From: Bugula neritina
Lineage: Eukaryota > Animalia > Bryozoa
DNA length: 64,000 nucleotides
Direction of reading: 5' to 3'
Assembly: GCA_964035545.1 (NCBI GenBank)
Contig: OZ037768.1
Location: 15,483,875-15,547,874, forward strand
Of this stretch, positions 34,855-49,800 are shown piece by piece. The notes beneath the pieces are model-generated. The model did not search any database. It was not told the origin of the DNA and was given only the letters and a program-made list of their open reading frames with translations. Both the position numbers and the translations under genes were made by a program. Each line of letters opens with the position of its first letter. Within the stretch, counting starts at the first letter, position 1.

Positions 34855-37800
34855 CATGCCCAAATGTACTAAATTGAGCGAAATATGCTAATAGTACCAA
34901 TAAGTGCCCAGAGGTTCTGAAATGTGCATAAGAGTGCTGATAGTAGAACTAGTGTGCTTAACAGTGCCCAAATCTGCTACAACATTCTCAAATGGGCTAA
35001 AACATGCCAAAATGTACTAAATTGAGCCAAATATGTTAATAGTACCAATAAGTGCCCAGAGGTTCTGAAACGTGGCCAATAGTGCCAATAGTAGTTCTAG
35101 TCTGCTTAAAGATGCCCAAATGTCCTAAAATATGCCAAAATGTGCTAAATTGAGCCAAACATGCTTACAGTACCTATTAGTGCCCAGAATCTCTGAAACT
35201 AGCCGTATAATGCTAAAACTAAAACAAGCGTTCTCAACAGTACCCAAATGTGCTAAAACATGCCCAAATGTGCTAAAACATGCCCGAATACACTGACTTG
35301 AGCCGATTGAGCTAACAGTGGCAATAAATGCCCAGAGGTTCTGAAACGTGCCCAATAGCGCTAGTAGTAGAACAAGTGTGCTCAACAGTGCCCAAATGGG
35401 CTGAAACATGCCCAAATGTACTAAATTGAGCCAAATATGCTAATAGTACCAATAAATGCCCAGAGGTTTTCAAACGTGCCCAATAGTGCTGATATAGAAC
35501 TAGTGTGCTTAACAGCGCCCAAATGTGCTCAAACGTGCCCAAATGTGCTAAAATGTGCCGAATATACTAATCGCACCAACAACCGCCAAGAAGTTCTAAA
35601 ACGTGCCCAATAGTGCTAATAGTAGAACTGGTGTGCTTAACAGTGCCCTAATCTGTTAAAACATTCCCAAATGGGCTAAAACATGCCCAAATGTACTAAA
35701 TTGAGCCAAACATGCTAATAGTACCAATAGGTGCCCAGAGGTTCTGAAACGTGCCCAATAGTGCTCATAGTAAAACTAGTGTGCCTAAAAGTCCCCAAAT
35801 GTCCTAAAACATGCCAAAACGTGCGAAATTGAGCCAAACATGCTAATAGTACCAAATAGTGCCCAGAGGTTCTGACACGTGCCCAATAGTGCTAATAGTA
35901 GAACTGCTAAGCTTAACAGTGCCCAAAGGTGCTAAAACATGCCCAAATGTGCTAAAACATACCCCAATACACTGACTTGAACCAATTGGGCAAAAAGTAC
36001 CAATTAATGCCCATAGGTTCTCAAACGTGCCCCATAGTGCTGATATAGAACTAGTGTGCTTAACAGCGCCCAAATGTGCTCAAACGTGCCCAAATGTGCT
36101 AAAATGTGCCGAATATACTAATCGCACCAACAACCGCCAAGAAGTTCTAAAACGTGCCCAATAGTGCTAATAGTAGAACTGGTGTGCTTAACAGTGCCCT
36201 AATCTGTTAAAACATTCCCAAATGGGCTAAAACATGCCCAAATGTACTAAATTGAGCCAAACATGCTAATAGTACGAATAGGTGCCCAGAGGTTCTGAAA
36301 CGTGCCCAATAGTGCTCATAGTAAAACTAGTGTGCTTAAAAGTCCCCAAATGTCCTAAAACATGCAAAAACGTGCGAAATTGAGCCAAACATGCTAATAG
36401 TACCAATAAGTGCCCAGAGGTTCTGACAAGTGCCCAATAGTGCTAATAGTAGAACTGCTGTGCTTAACAGTGCCCAAATGTGCTAAAACATTCCCAAATG
36501 TACTAAATTGAGCCAAATATGCTAATAGTACCAATAAGTGCCCAGAGGTTCTGAAACGTGCCCAATAGTGCTAAAACCAGAGCAAGTGTGCTCAACAGTG
36601 CCCAGATTAGCTAACACATGCCCAAATGTACTAAATTGAGCGAAATATGCTAATAGTACCAATAAGTGCCCAGAGGTTCTGAAATGTGCCTAAGAGCGCT
36701 GATAGTAGAACTAGTGTGCTTAACAGTGCCCAAATCTGCTACAACATTCTCAAATGGGCTAAAACATGCCCAAATGTACTAAATTGAGCCAAATCTGTTA
36801 ATAGTACCAATAAGTGCCTAGAGGTTCTGAAACGTGGCCAATAGTGCCAATAGTAGTTCTAGTCTTCTTAAAGATGCCCAAATGTCCTAAAATATGCCAA
36901 AATGTGCTAAATTGAGCAAAACATGCTTACAGTACCTATTAGTGCCCAGAATCTCTGAAACTAGCCGTATAATGCTAAAACTAAAACAAGTGTTCTCAAC
37001 AGTGCCCAAATGTGCTAAAACATGCCCAAATGTGCTAAAACATGCCCAAATACACTGACTTGAGCCGATTGAGCTAACAGTAGCAATAAATGCCCAGAGG
37101 TTCTGAAACGTGCCCAATAGCGCTATAGTAGAACAAGTGTGCTCAACAGTGCCCAATTGGGATAAAACGTGCCCAAACGTACTAAATTGCGCAAAATATG
37201 ATAATAGTACCAATAAGTGCCCAGAGATTCTGAAATGTGCATAAGAGTGCTGATAGTAGAACTACTGTGCTTAACAGTGCCCAAATCTGTTAAAACATTC
37301 CCAAATAGGCTAAAACATGCCCAAATTTACTAAATTGAGCCAAATATGCTAATAGTACTTATTTGTGCCCCGAAGTTCTGAACGTGCCCAGTAGTGCTAA
37401 AACTAGAACAAGTGTGCTCAACAGTGCCCAATTGGGCTAAAACATGCCCAAATGTACTAAATTGAGCCAAATATGGTTATAGTACCAATAAGTGCCCAGA
37501 GGTTCTGAGAAGTGCCCAATAGTGCTAATAGTAGAACTGCTGTGCTTAACAGTGCCCAAATGTGCTAAAACATTCCCAAATGTACTAAATTGAGCCAAAT
37601 ATGCTAATAGTACCAATAAGTGCCCAGAGGTTCTGAAACGTGCCCAATAGTGCTAAAACCAGAGCAAGTGTGCTCAACAGTGCCAAGATTAACTAACACA
37701 TGCCCAAATGTACTAAATTGAGCGAAATATGCTAATAGTACCAATAAGTGCCCAGAGGTTCTGAAATGTGCATAAGAGTGCTGATAGTAGAACTAGTGTG

Positions 37801-40800
37801 CTTAACAGTGCCCAAATCTGCTACAACATTCTCAAATGGGCTAAAACATGCCCAAATGTAGTAAATTGAGCCAAATATGTTAATAGTACCAATAAGTGCC
37901 CAGAGGTTCTGAAACGTGGCCAATAGTGCCATTAGTAGTTCTAGTGTGCTTAAAGATGCCCAAATGTCCTAAAATATGCCAAAATGTGCTAAATTGAGCC
38001 AAACATGCTTACAGTACCTATTAGTGCCCAGAATCTCTGAAACTAGCCGTATAATGCTAAAACTAAAACAAGTGTTCTCAACAGTGCCCAAATGTGCTAA
38101 AACACGCCCAAATGTGCTAAAACATGCCCGAATATACTGACTTGAGCCGATTGAGCTAACAGTAGCAATAAATGCCCAGAGGTTCTGAAACGTGTCCAAT
38201 AGCGTTAGTAGTAAAACAAGTGTGCTCAACAGTGCGCAAATGGGCTAAAACATGCCCAAATGTACTAAATTGAGCCAAATATGCTAATAGTACCAATAAA
38301 TGCCAAGAGGTTTTCAAACGTGCCCAATAGTGCTGATATAGAACTAGTGTGCTTAACAGCGCCCAAATGTGCTCAAACGTGCCCAAATGTGCTAAAATTG
38401 GCCGAGTATACTAATCGCACCAACAACCGCCAAGAGGTTCTGAAACGTGCTCAATAGTGCTGATATAGAACTAGTGTGCTTAAAAGTCCCCAAATGTCCT
38501 AAAACATGCCAAAACGTGCGAAATTGAGCCAAACATGCTGATAGTACCAATAGGTGCCCAGAAGTTCTGACACGTGCCCAATAGTGCTAATAGTAGAACT
38601 GCTGTGCTTAACAGTGCCCAAATGTGCTAAAACATGCCCAAATGTGCTAAAACATACCCGAATACACTGACTTGAGCCAATTGAGCAAAAAGTACCAATT
38701 AATGCCCAGAGGTTCTCAAACGTGCCCCATAGTGCTGATATAGAACTAGTGTGCTTAACAGCGCCCAAATGTGCTCAAACGTGCCCAAATGTGCTAAAAT
38801 GTGCCGAATATACTAATCGCACCAACAACCGCCAAGAAGTTCTGAAACGTGCCCAATAGTGCTAATAGTAGAACTGGTGTGCTTAACAGTGCCCTAATCT
38901 GTTGAAACATTCCCAAATGGGCTAAAACATGCCCAAATGTACTAAATTGAGCCAAACATGCTAATAGTACCAATAAGTGCCCAGAGGTTCTGAATTGTGT
39001 CCAATAGTGCTCATAGTAAAACTAGTGTGCTTAAAAGTCCCCAAATGTCCTAAAACATGCCGAAACGTGCGAAATTGAGCCAAACATGCTAATAGTACCA
39101 ATAAGTGCCCAGAGGTTCTGACAAGTGCCCAATAGTGCTAATAGTAGAACTGCTGTGCTTAACAGTGCCCAAGTGTGCTAAAACATTCCCAAATGTGCTA
39201 AAACATGCCCAAATTTACTAAATTGAGCCAAATATGCTAATAGTACTTATTTGTGCCCAGAAGTTCTGAACGTGCCCAGTAGTGCTAAAACTAGAACAAG
39301 TGTGCTCAACAGTGCCAAATTGGGCTAAAACATGCCCAAATGTACTAAATTGAGCCAAATATGGTTATAGTACCAATAAGTGCCCAGAGGTTCTGAGACG
39401 TGCCCAATAGTGCTAATAGTAGAACTGCTGTGCTTAACAGTGCCCAAATGTGCTAAAACATGCCAAGATGTTCTAAATTGAGCTAAACATGCTTGCAGTA
39501 CCTATTAGTGCATAGAAATTCTGAAACATGCCGTATAGTGCTAAAACTAGAACAAGTTTGCTCAACAGTGCCCAAATGTGCTAAAACATGCCCAAATGTG
39601 CTGAAACATGCCCGAATATACTAACTTGAGCCAAATGAGCTAATAGTACCAATAAATGCCCAGAGGGTCTGAAACGTGCCCAATAGCGCTAATAGTAGAA
39701 CTACTGTGCTTAGCAGTGCCCAAATCTCCTAAAAGATGCCAAAACGTGCGAAATTGATCCAAATGAGCTAATAGTACCAATAAGTGCCCAGAAGTTCTGA
39801 CACGTGCCCAATAGTGCTAATAGTAGAACTGCTGTGCTTAACAGTGCCCAAAAGTGCTAAAACATTCCCAAATGGCCTAAAACATGCCCAAATTTACTAA
39901 ATTGAGCCAAACATGCTAATAGTACCTATTTGTGCCCAGAAGTTCTGAACAAGCCCAGTAGTGCTAAAACTAAAACAAGTGTGCTCAACAGTGCCCAAAT
40001 CTGCTACAACATTCTCAAATGGGCTAAAACATGCCCAAATGTACTAAATTGAGCCAAATATGTTAATAGTACCAATAAGTGCCCAGAGGTTCTGAAACGT
40101 GGCCAATAGTGCCATTAGTAGTTCTAGTGTGCTTAAAGATGCCCAAATGTCCTAAAATATGCCAAAATGTGCTAAATTGAGCCAAACATGCTTACAGTAC
40201 CTATTAGTGCCCAGAATCTCTGAAACTAGCCGTATAATGCTAAAACTAAAACAAGTGTTCTCAACAGTGCCCAAATGTGCTAAAACATGCCCAAATGTGC
40301 TAAAACATGCCCGAATACACTGACTTGAGCCGATTGAGCTAACAGTAGCAATAAATGCCCAGAGGTTCTGAAACGTGTCCAATAGCGTTAGTAGTAAAAC
40401 AAGTGTGCTAAACAGTGCCCAAATGGGCTAAAACATGCCCAAATGTACTAAATTGAGCCAAATATGCTAATAGTACCAATAAATGCCCAGAGGTTTTCAA
40501 ACGTGCCCAATAGTGCTGATATAGAACTAGTGTGCTTAACAGCGCCCAAATGTGCTCAAACGTGCCCAAATGTGCTAAAATGGGCCGAGTATACTAATCG
40601 CACCAACAACCGCCAAGAAGTTCTGAAACGTGCCCAATAGTGCTAATAGTAGAACTGGTGTGCCTAAAAGTCCCCAAATGTCCTAAAACATGCCAAAACG
40701 TGCGAAATTGAGCCAAACATGCTGATAGTACCAATAAGTGCCCAGAAGTTCTGACACGTCCCCAATAGTGCTAATAGTAGAACTGCTGTGCTTAACAGTG

Positions 40801-43800
40801 CCCAAATGTGCTAAAACATGCCCAAATGTGCTAAAACATACCCGAATACACTGACTTGAGCCAATTGAGCAAAAAGTACCAATTAATGCCCAGGGGTTCT
40901 CAAACGTGCCCCATAGTGCTGATATAGAACTAGTGTGCTTAACAGCGCCCAAATGTGCTCAAACGTGCCCAAATGTGCTAAAATGTGCCGAATATACTAA
41001 TCGCACCAACAACCGCCAAGAAGTTCTGAAACGTGCCCAATAGTGCTAATAGTAGAACTGGTGTGCTTAACAGTGCCCTAATCTGTTGAAACATTCCCAA
41101 ATGGGCTAAAATATGCCCAAATGTACTAAATTGAGCCAAACATGCTAATAGTACCAATAGGTGCCCAGAGGTTCTGAAACGTGTCCAATAGTGCTCATAG
41201 TAAAACTAGTGTGCTTAAAAGTCCCCAAATGTCCTAAAACATGCCGAAACGTGCGAAATTGAGCCAAACATGCTAATAGTACCAATAAGTGCCCAGAGGT
41301 TCTGACAAGTGCCCAATAGTGCTAATAGTAGAACTGCTGTGCTTAACAGTGCCCAAATGTGCTAAAACATTCCCAAATGTGCTAAAACATGCCCAAATTT
41401 ACTAAATTGAGCCAAATATGCTAATAGTACTTATTTGTGCCCAGAAGTTCTGAACGTGCCCAGTAGTGCGAAAACTAGAACAAGTGTGCTCAACAGTGCC
41501 CAATTGGGCTAAAACATGCCCAAATGTACTAAATTGAGCCAAATATGGTTATAGTACCAATAAGTGCCCAGAGGTTCTGAGACGTGCCCAATAGTGCTAA
41601 TAGTAGAACTGCTGTGCTTAACAGTGCCCAAATGTGCTAAAACATGCCAAGATGTTCTAAATTGAGCTAAACATGCTTGCAGTACCTATTAGTGCATAGA
41701 AATTCTGAAACATGCCGTATAGTGCTAAAACTAGAACAAGTTTGCTCAACAATGCCCAAATGTGCTAAAACATGCCCAAATGTGCTGAAACATGCCCGAA
41801 TATACTAACTTGAGCCAAATGAGCTAATAGTACCAATAAATGCCCAGAGGGTCTGAAACGTGCCCAATAGCGCTAATAGTAGAACTACTGTGCTTAGCAG
41901 TGCCCAAATCTCCTAAAAGATGCCAAAACGTGCGAAATTGAGCCAAATAAGCTAATAGTACCAATAAGTGCCCAGAAGTTCTGACACGTGCCCAATAGTG
42001 CTAATAGTAGAACTGCTGTGCTTAACAGTGCCCAAAAGTGCTAAAACATTCCCAAATGGCCTAAAACATGCCCAAATTTACTAAATTGAGCCAAACATGC
42101 TAATAGTACCTATTTGTGCCCAGAAGTTCGGAACATGCCCAGTAGTGCTAAAACTAAAACAAGTGTGCTCAACAGTGCCCAAATCTGCTACAACATTCTC
42201 AAATGGGCTAAAACATGCCCAAATGTACTAAATTGAGCCAAATATGTTAATAGTACCAATAAGTGCCCAGAGGTTCTGAAACGTGGCCAATAGTGCCATT
42301 AGTAGTTCTAGTGTGCTTAAAGATGCCCAAATGTCCTAAAATATGCCAAAATGTGCTAAATTGAGCCAAACATGCTTACAGTACCTATTAGTGCCCAGAA
42401 TCTCTGAAACTAGCCGTATAATGTTAAAACTAACACAAGTGTTCTCAACAGTGCCCAAATGTGCTAAAACATGCCCAAATGTGCTAAAACATGCCCGAAT
42501 ACACTGACTTGAGCCGATTGAGCTAACAGTAGCAATAAATGCCCAGAGGTTCTGAAACGTGTCCAATAGCGTTAGTAGTAAAACAAGTGTGCTCAACAGT
42601 GCCCAAATGGGCTAAAACATGCCCAAATGTACTAAATTGAGCCAAATATGCTAATAGTACCAATAAATGCCCAGAGGTTTTCAAACGTGCCCAATAGTGC
42701 TGATATAGAACTAGTGTGCTTAACAGCGCCCAAATGTGCTCAAACGTGCCCAAATGTGCTAAAATGGGCCGAGTATACTAATCGCACCAACAACCGCCAA
42801 GAAATTCTGAAACGTGCCCAATAGTGCTAATAGTAGAACTGGTGTGCCTAAAAGTCCCCAAATGTCCTAAAACGTGCCCAAACGTACTAAATTGAGCAAA
42901 ATATGATAATAGTACCAATAAGTGCCCAGACATTTTGAAATGTGCATAAGAGTGCTGATAGAAGAACTACTGTGCTTAACAGTGCCCAAATCTGTTAAAA
43001 CATTCCCAAATGGGCTAAAACATGCCCAAATTTACTAAATTGAGCCAAATATGCTAATAGTACTTATTTGTGCCCCGAAGTTCTGAACGTGCCCAGTAAT
43101 GCTAAAACTAGAACAAGTGTGCTCAACAGTGCCCAATTGGGCTAAAACATGCCCAAATGTACTAAATTGAGCCAAATATGGTTATAGTACCAATAAGTGC
43201 TCAGAGGTTCTGAGACGTGCCCAATAGTGCTAATAGTAGAACTGCTGTGCTTAACAGTGCCCAGATTAGCTAACACATGCCCAAATGTACTAAATTGAGC
43301 GAAATATGCTAATAGTACCAATTAGTGCCCAGAGGTTCTGAAATGTGCATAAGAGTGCTGATAGTAGAACTAGTGTGCTTAACAGTGCCCAAATCTGCGA
43401 CAACATTCTCAAATGGGCTAAAACATGCCCAAATGTGCTAAAATGGGCCGAGTACACTAATCGCACCAACAACCGCCAAGAAGTTCTGAAACGTGCCCAA
43501 TAGTGCTAATAGTAGAACTGGTGTGCCTAAAAGTCCCCAAATGTCCTAAAACATGCCAAAACGTGCGAAATTGAGCCAAACATGCTGATAGTACCAATAA
43601 GTGCCCAGAAGTTCTGACACGTCCCCAATAGTGCTAATAGTAGAACTGCTGTGCTTAACAGTGCCCAAATGTGCTAAAACATGCCCAAATGTGCTAAAAC
43701 ATACCCGAATACACTGACTTGAGCCAATTGAGCAAAAAGTACCAATTAATGCCCAGAGGTTCTCAAACGTGCCCCATAGTGCTGATATAGAACTAGTGTG

Positions 43801-46800
43801 CTTAACAGCGCCCAAATGTGCTCAAACGTGCCCAAATGTGCTAAAATGTGCCGAATATACTAATCGCACCAACAACCGCCAAGAAGTTCTGAAACGTGCC
43901 CAATAGTGCTAATAGTAGAACTGGTGTGCTTAACAGTGCCCTAATCTGTTGAAACATTCCCAAATGGGCTAAAATATGCCAAAATGTACTAAATTGAGCC
44001 AAACATGCTAATAGTACCAATAGGTGCCCAGAGGTTCTGAAACGTGTCCAATAGTGCTCATAGTAAAACTAGTGTGCTTAAAAGTCCCCAAATGTCCTAA
44101 AACATGCCGAAACGTGCGAAATTGAGCCAAACATGCTAATAGTACCAATAAGTGCCCAGAGGTTCTGACAAGTGCCCAATAGTGCTAATAGTAGAACTGC
44201 TGTGCTTAAAAGTGCCCAAATGTGCTAAAACATTCCCAAATGTGCTAAAACATGCCCAAATTTACTAAATTGAGCCAAATATGCTAATAGTACTTATTTG
44301 TGCCCAGAAGTTCTGAACGTGCCCAGTAGTGCTAAAACTAGAACAAGTGTGCTCAACAGTGCCCAATTGGGCTAAAACATGCCCAAATGTACTAAATTGA
44401 GCCAAATATGGTTATTGTACCAATAAGTGCCCAGAGGTTCTGAGACGTGCCCAATAGTGCTAATAGTAGAACTGCTGTGCTTAACAGTGCCCAAATGTGC
44501 TAAAACATGCCAAGATGTTCTAAATTGAGCTAAACATGCTTGCAGTACCTATTAGTGCATAGAAATTCTGAAACATGCCGTATAGTGCTAAAACTAGAAC
44601 AAGTTTGCTCAACAGTGCCCAAATGTGCTAAAACATGCCCAAATGTGCTGAAACATGCCCGAATATACTAACTTGAGCCAAATGAGCTAATAGTACCAAT
44701 AAATGCCCAGAAGGTCTGAAACGTGCCGAATAGCGCTAATAGTAGAACTACTGTGCTTAGCAGTGCCCAAATCTCCTAAAACATGCCAAAACGTGCGAAA
44801 TTGAGCCAAATAGGCTAATAGTAACAATAAGTGCCAAGAGGTTCTGACACGTGCCCAATAGTGCTAATAGTAGAACTGCTGTGCTTAATAGTGCCCAAAT
44901 GTGCTAAAACATTCCCAAATGTGCTAAAACATGCCCAAATTTACTAAATCGAGCCAAACATGCTAATAGTACTTATTTGTGCCCAGAAGTTCTGAACGTG
45001 CCCAGTAGTGCTAAAACTAGAACAAGTGTGCTCAACAGTGCCCAAATTGGGGTAAAACATGCCCAAATGTACTAAATTGAGCCAAATATGGTTATAGTAC
45101 CAATAAGTGCCCAGAGGTTCTGAGACGTGCCCAATAGTGCTAATAGTAGAACTGCTGTGCTTAACAGTGCCCAAATGTGCTAAAACATTCCCAAATGTAC
45201 TAAATTGAGCCAAATATGCTAATAGTACCAATAAGTGCCCAGAGGTTCTGAAACGTGCCCAATAGTGCTAAAACTAGAGCAAGTGTGCTCAACAGTGCCC
45301 AGATTAGCTAACACATGCCCAAATGTACTAAATTGAGCGAAATATGCTAATAGTACCAATAAGTGCCCAGAGGTTCTGAAATGTGCATAAGAGTGCTGAT
45401 AGTAGAACTAGTGTGCTTAACAGTGCCCAAATCTGCTACAACATTCTCAAATGGGCTAAAACATGCCCAAATGTACTAAATTGAGCCAAATATGTTAATA
45501 GTACCAATAAGTGCCCAGAGGTTCTGAAACGTGGCCAATAGTGCCATTAGTAGTTCTAGTGTGCTTAAAGATGCCCAAATGTCCTAAAATATGCCAAAAT
45601 GTGCTAAATTGAGCCAAACATGCTTACAGTACCTATTAGTGCCCAGAATCTCTGAAACTAGCCGTATAATGCTAAAACTAAAACAAGTGTTCTCAACAGT
45701 GCCCAAATGTGCTAAAACATGCCCAAATGTGCTAAAACATGCCCGAATACACTGACTTGAGCCGATTGAGCTAACAGTAGCAATAAATGCCCAGAGGTTC
45801 TGAAACGTGTCCAATAGCGCTAGTAGTAGAACAAGTGTGCTCAACAGTGCCCAAATGATCTAAAACATGCCCAAATGTACTAAATTGAGCCAAATATGCT
45901 AATAGTACCAATAAATGCCCAGAGGTTTTCAAACGTGCCCAATAGTGCTGATATAGAACTAGTGTGCTTAACAGCGCCCAAATGTGCTCAAACGTGCCCA
46001 AATGTGCTAAAATGGGCCGAGTATACTAATCGCACCAACAACCGCCAAGAAGTTCTGAAACGTGCCCAATAGTGCTAATAGTAGAACTGGTGTGCCTAAA
46101 AGTCCCCAAATGTCCCAAAACATGCCAAAACGTGCGAAATTGAGCCACACATGCTGATAGTACCAATAAGTGCCCAGAAGTTCTGACACGTCCCCAATAG
46201 TGCTAATAGTAGAACTGCTGTGCTTAACAGTGCCCAAATGTGCTAAAACATGCCCAAATGTGCTAAAACATACCCGAATACACTGACTTGAGCCAATTGA
46301 GCAAAATGTACCAATTAATGCCCAGAGGTTCTCAAACGTGCCCCATAGTGCTGATATAGAACTAGTGTGCTTAACAGCGCCCAAATGTGCTCAAACGTGC
46401 CCAAATGTAATAAAATGTGCCGAATATACTAATCGCACCAACAACCGCCAAGAAGTTCTGAAACGTGCCCAATAGTGCTAATAGTAGAACTGGTGTGCTT
46501 AACAGTGCCCTAATCTGTTGAAACGTTCTCAAATGGGCTAAAACATGCCCAAATGTACTAAATTGAGCCAAACATGCTAATAGTACCAATAGGTGCCCAG
46601 AGGTTCTGAAACGTGTCCAATAGTGCTCATAGTAAAACTAGTGTGCTTAAAAGTCCCCAAATGTCCTAAAACATGCCGAAACGTGCGAAATTGAGCCAAA
46701 CATGCTAATAGTACCAATAAGTGCCCAGAGGTTCTGACAAGTGCCCAATAGTGCTAATAGTAGAACTGCTGTGCTTAACAGTGGCCAAATGTGCTAAAAC

Positions 46801-49800
46801 ATTCCCAAATGTGCTAAAACATGCCCAAATTTACTAAATTGAGCCAAATATGCTAATAGTACTTATTTGTGCCCAGAAGTTCTGAACGTGCCCAGTAGTG
46901 CTAAAACTAGAACAAGTGTGCTCAACAGTGCCCAATTGGGCTAAGACATGCCCAAATGTACTAAATTGAGACAAATATGGTTATAGTACCAATAAGTGCC
47001 CAGAGGTTCTGAGACGTGCCCAATAGTGCTAAAAGTGGAACTGCTGTGCTTAACAGTGCCCAAATGTGCTAAAACATGCCAAGATGTTCTAAATTGAGCT
47101 AAACATGCTTGCAGTACCTATTAGTGCATAGAATTTCTGAAACGTGCCGTATAGTGCTAAAACTAGAACAAGTGTGCTCAACAGTGCCCAAATGTGCTAA
47201 AACATGCCCAAATGTGCTAAAACATGCCCGAATATACTAACTTGAGCCAAATGAGCTAATAGTACCAATAAATGCCCAGAGGGTTTGAAACGTGCCCAAT
47301 AGCGCTAATAGTAGAACTACTGTGCTTAGCAGTGCCTAAATCTCCTAAAAGATGCCAAAACGTGCGAAATTAAGCCAAATAAGCTAATAGTACCAATAAG
47401 TGCCCAGAGTTTCTCACACGTGCCCAATAGTGCTAATAGTGGAACTGCTGTGCTTAACAGTGCCCAAAAGTGCTAAAACATTCCCAAATGGGCTAAAACA
47501 TGCCCAAATTTACTAAATTGAGCCAAACATGCTAATAGTACCTATTTGTGCCCAGAAGTTCTGAACATGCCCAGTAGTGCTAAAACTAGAACAAGTGTGC
47601 TCAACAGTGCCCAATTGGGCTAAAACATGCCCAAATGTACTAAATTGAGCCAAAATATAGTTATAGTACTAATAAGTGCCCAGAGGTTCTGAGACGTGCC
47701 CAATAGTGCTAATAGTAGAACTGCTGTGCTTAACGGTGCCCAAATGTGCCAAAACATGCCAAGATGTTCTAATTTGAGCTAAACATGCTTGCAGTACGTA
47801 TTAGTGCATAGAAATTCTGAAACGTGCCGTATAGTGCTAAAACTAGAACAAGTGTGCTCAACAGTGCCCAAATGTGCTAAAACATGCCCAAATGTGCTAA
47901 AACATGCCCGAATATACTAACTTGAGCCAAATGAGCTAATAGTACCAATAAATGCCCAGAGGGTCTGAAACGTGCCCAATAGCGCTAATAGTAGAACTAC
48001 TGTGCTTAGCAGTGCCCAAATCTCCTAAAAGATGCCAAAACGTGCGAAATTGAGCCAAATAAGCTAATAGTACCAATAAGTGCCAAGAAGTTCTGACACG
48101 TGCCCAATAGTGCTAATAGTAGAACTGCTGTGCTTAACAGTGCCCAAAAGTGCTAAAACATTCCCAAATGGCCTAAAACATGCCCAAACTTACTAAATCG
48201 AGCCAAACATGCTAATAGTACTTATTTGTGCCCAGAAGTTCTGAACGTGCCCAGTAGTGCTAAAACCAGAGCAAGTGTGCTCAACAGTGCCCAGATTAGC
48301 TAACACATGCCCAAATGTACTAAATTGAGCGAAATATGCTAATAGTACCAATAAGTGCCCAGAGGTTCTGAAATGTGCATAAGAGTGTTGATAGTAGAAC
48401 TAGTGTGCTTAACAGTGCCCAAGTCTGCTACAACATTCTCAAATGGGCTAAAACATGCCCAAATGTACTAAATTGAGCCAAATATGTTAATAGTACCAAT
48501 GAGTGCCCAGAGGTTCTGAAACGTGGCCAATAATGCCAATAGTAGTTCTAGTCTGCTTAAAGATGCCCAAATGTCCTAAAATATGCCAAAATGTGCTAAA
48601 TTGAGCCAAACATGCTTACAGTACCTATTAGTGCCAAGAATCTCTGAAACTAGCCGTATAATGCTAAAACTAAAACAAGTGTTCTCAACAGTGCCCAAAT
48701 GTACTAAAACATGCCCAAATGTGCTAAAACATACCCAAATACACTGACTTGAGCCGATTGAGCTAACAGTAGCAATAAATGCCCAGAGGTTCTGAAACGT
48801 GCCCAATAGCGCTAGTAGTAGAACAAGTGTGCTCAACAGTGCCCAAATGGGCTAAAACATGCCCAAATGTACTAAATTGAGCCAAATATGCTAATAGTAC
48901 CAATAAATGCCCAGAGGTTTTTTAAACGTGCCCAATAGTGCTGATATAGAATTAGTGTGCTTAACAGCGCCCAAATGTGCTCAAACGTACCCAAATGTGC
49001 TAAAATGGGCCGAGTATACTAATTGCACCAACAACCGCCAAGAGGTTCTGAAACGTGCCCAATAGTGCTAATAGTAGAACTGGTGTGCTTAACAGTGCCC
49101 AAATCTGTTAAAACATTCCCAAATGGGCTAAAACATGCCCAAATGTACTAAATTGAGCCAAACATGCTAATAGTACCAATAGGTGCCCAGAGTTTCTGAA
49201 ACGTGCCCAATAGTGCTAATAGTAAAACTAGTATGCCTAAAAGTCCCCAAATGTCCTAAAACATGCCAAAACGTGCGAAATTAAGCCAAACATGCTGATA
49301 GTACCAATAAGTGCCCAGAAGTTCTGACACGTGCCCAATAGTGCTAATAGTAGAACTGCTGTGCTTAACAGTGCCCAAATGTGCTAAAACATGCCCAAAT
49401 GTGCTAAAACATACCCGAATACACTGACTTGAGCCAATTGAGCAAAAGGTACCAATTAATGCCCAGAGGTTCTCAAACGTGCCCCATAGTGCTGATATGG
49501 AACTAGTGTGCTTAACAGCGCCCAAATGTGCTCAAACGTGCCCAAATGTGCTAAAATGTGCCGAATATACTAATCGCACCAACAACCGCCAAAAAGTTCT
49601 GAAACGTGCCCAATAGTGCTCATAGTTGAACTACTGTGCTTAGCAGTGCCCAAATCTCCTAAAAGATGCCAAAACGTGCGAAATTGAGCCAAATAAGCTA
49701 ATAGTACCAATAAGTGCCCAGAGGTTCTGACACGTGCCCAATAGTGCTAATAGTAGAACTGCTGTGCTTAACAGTGCCCAAATGTGCTAAAACATTCCCA

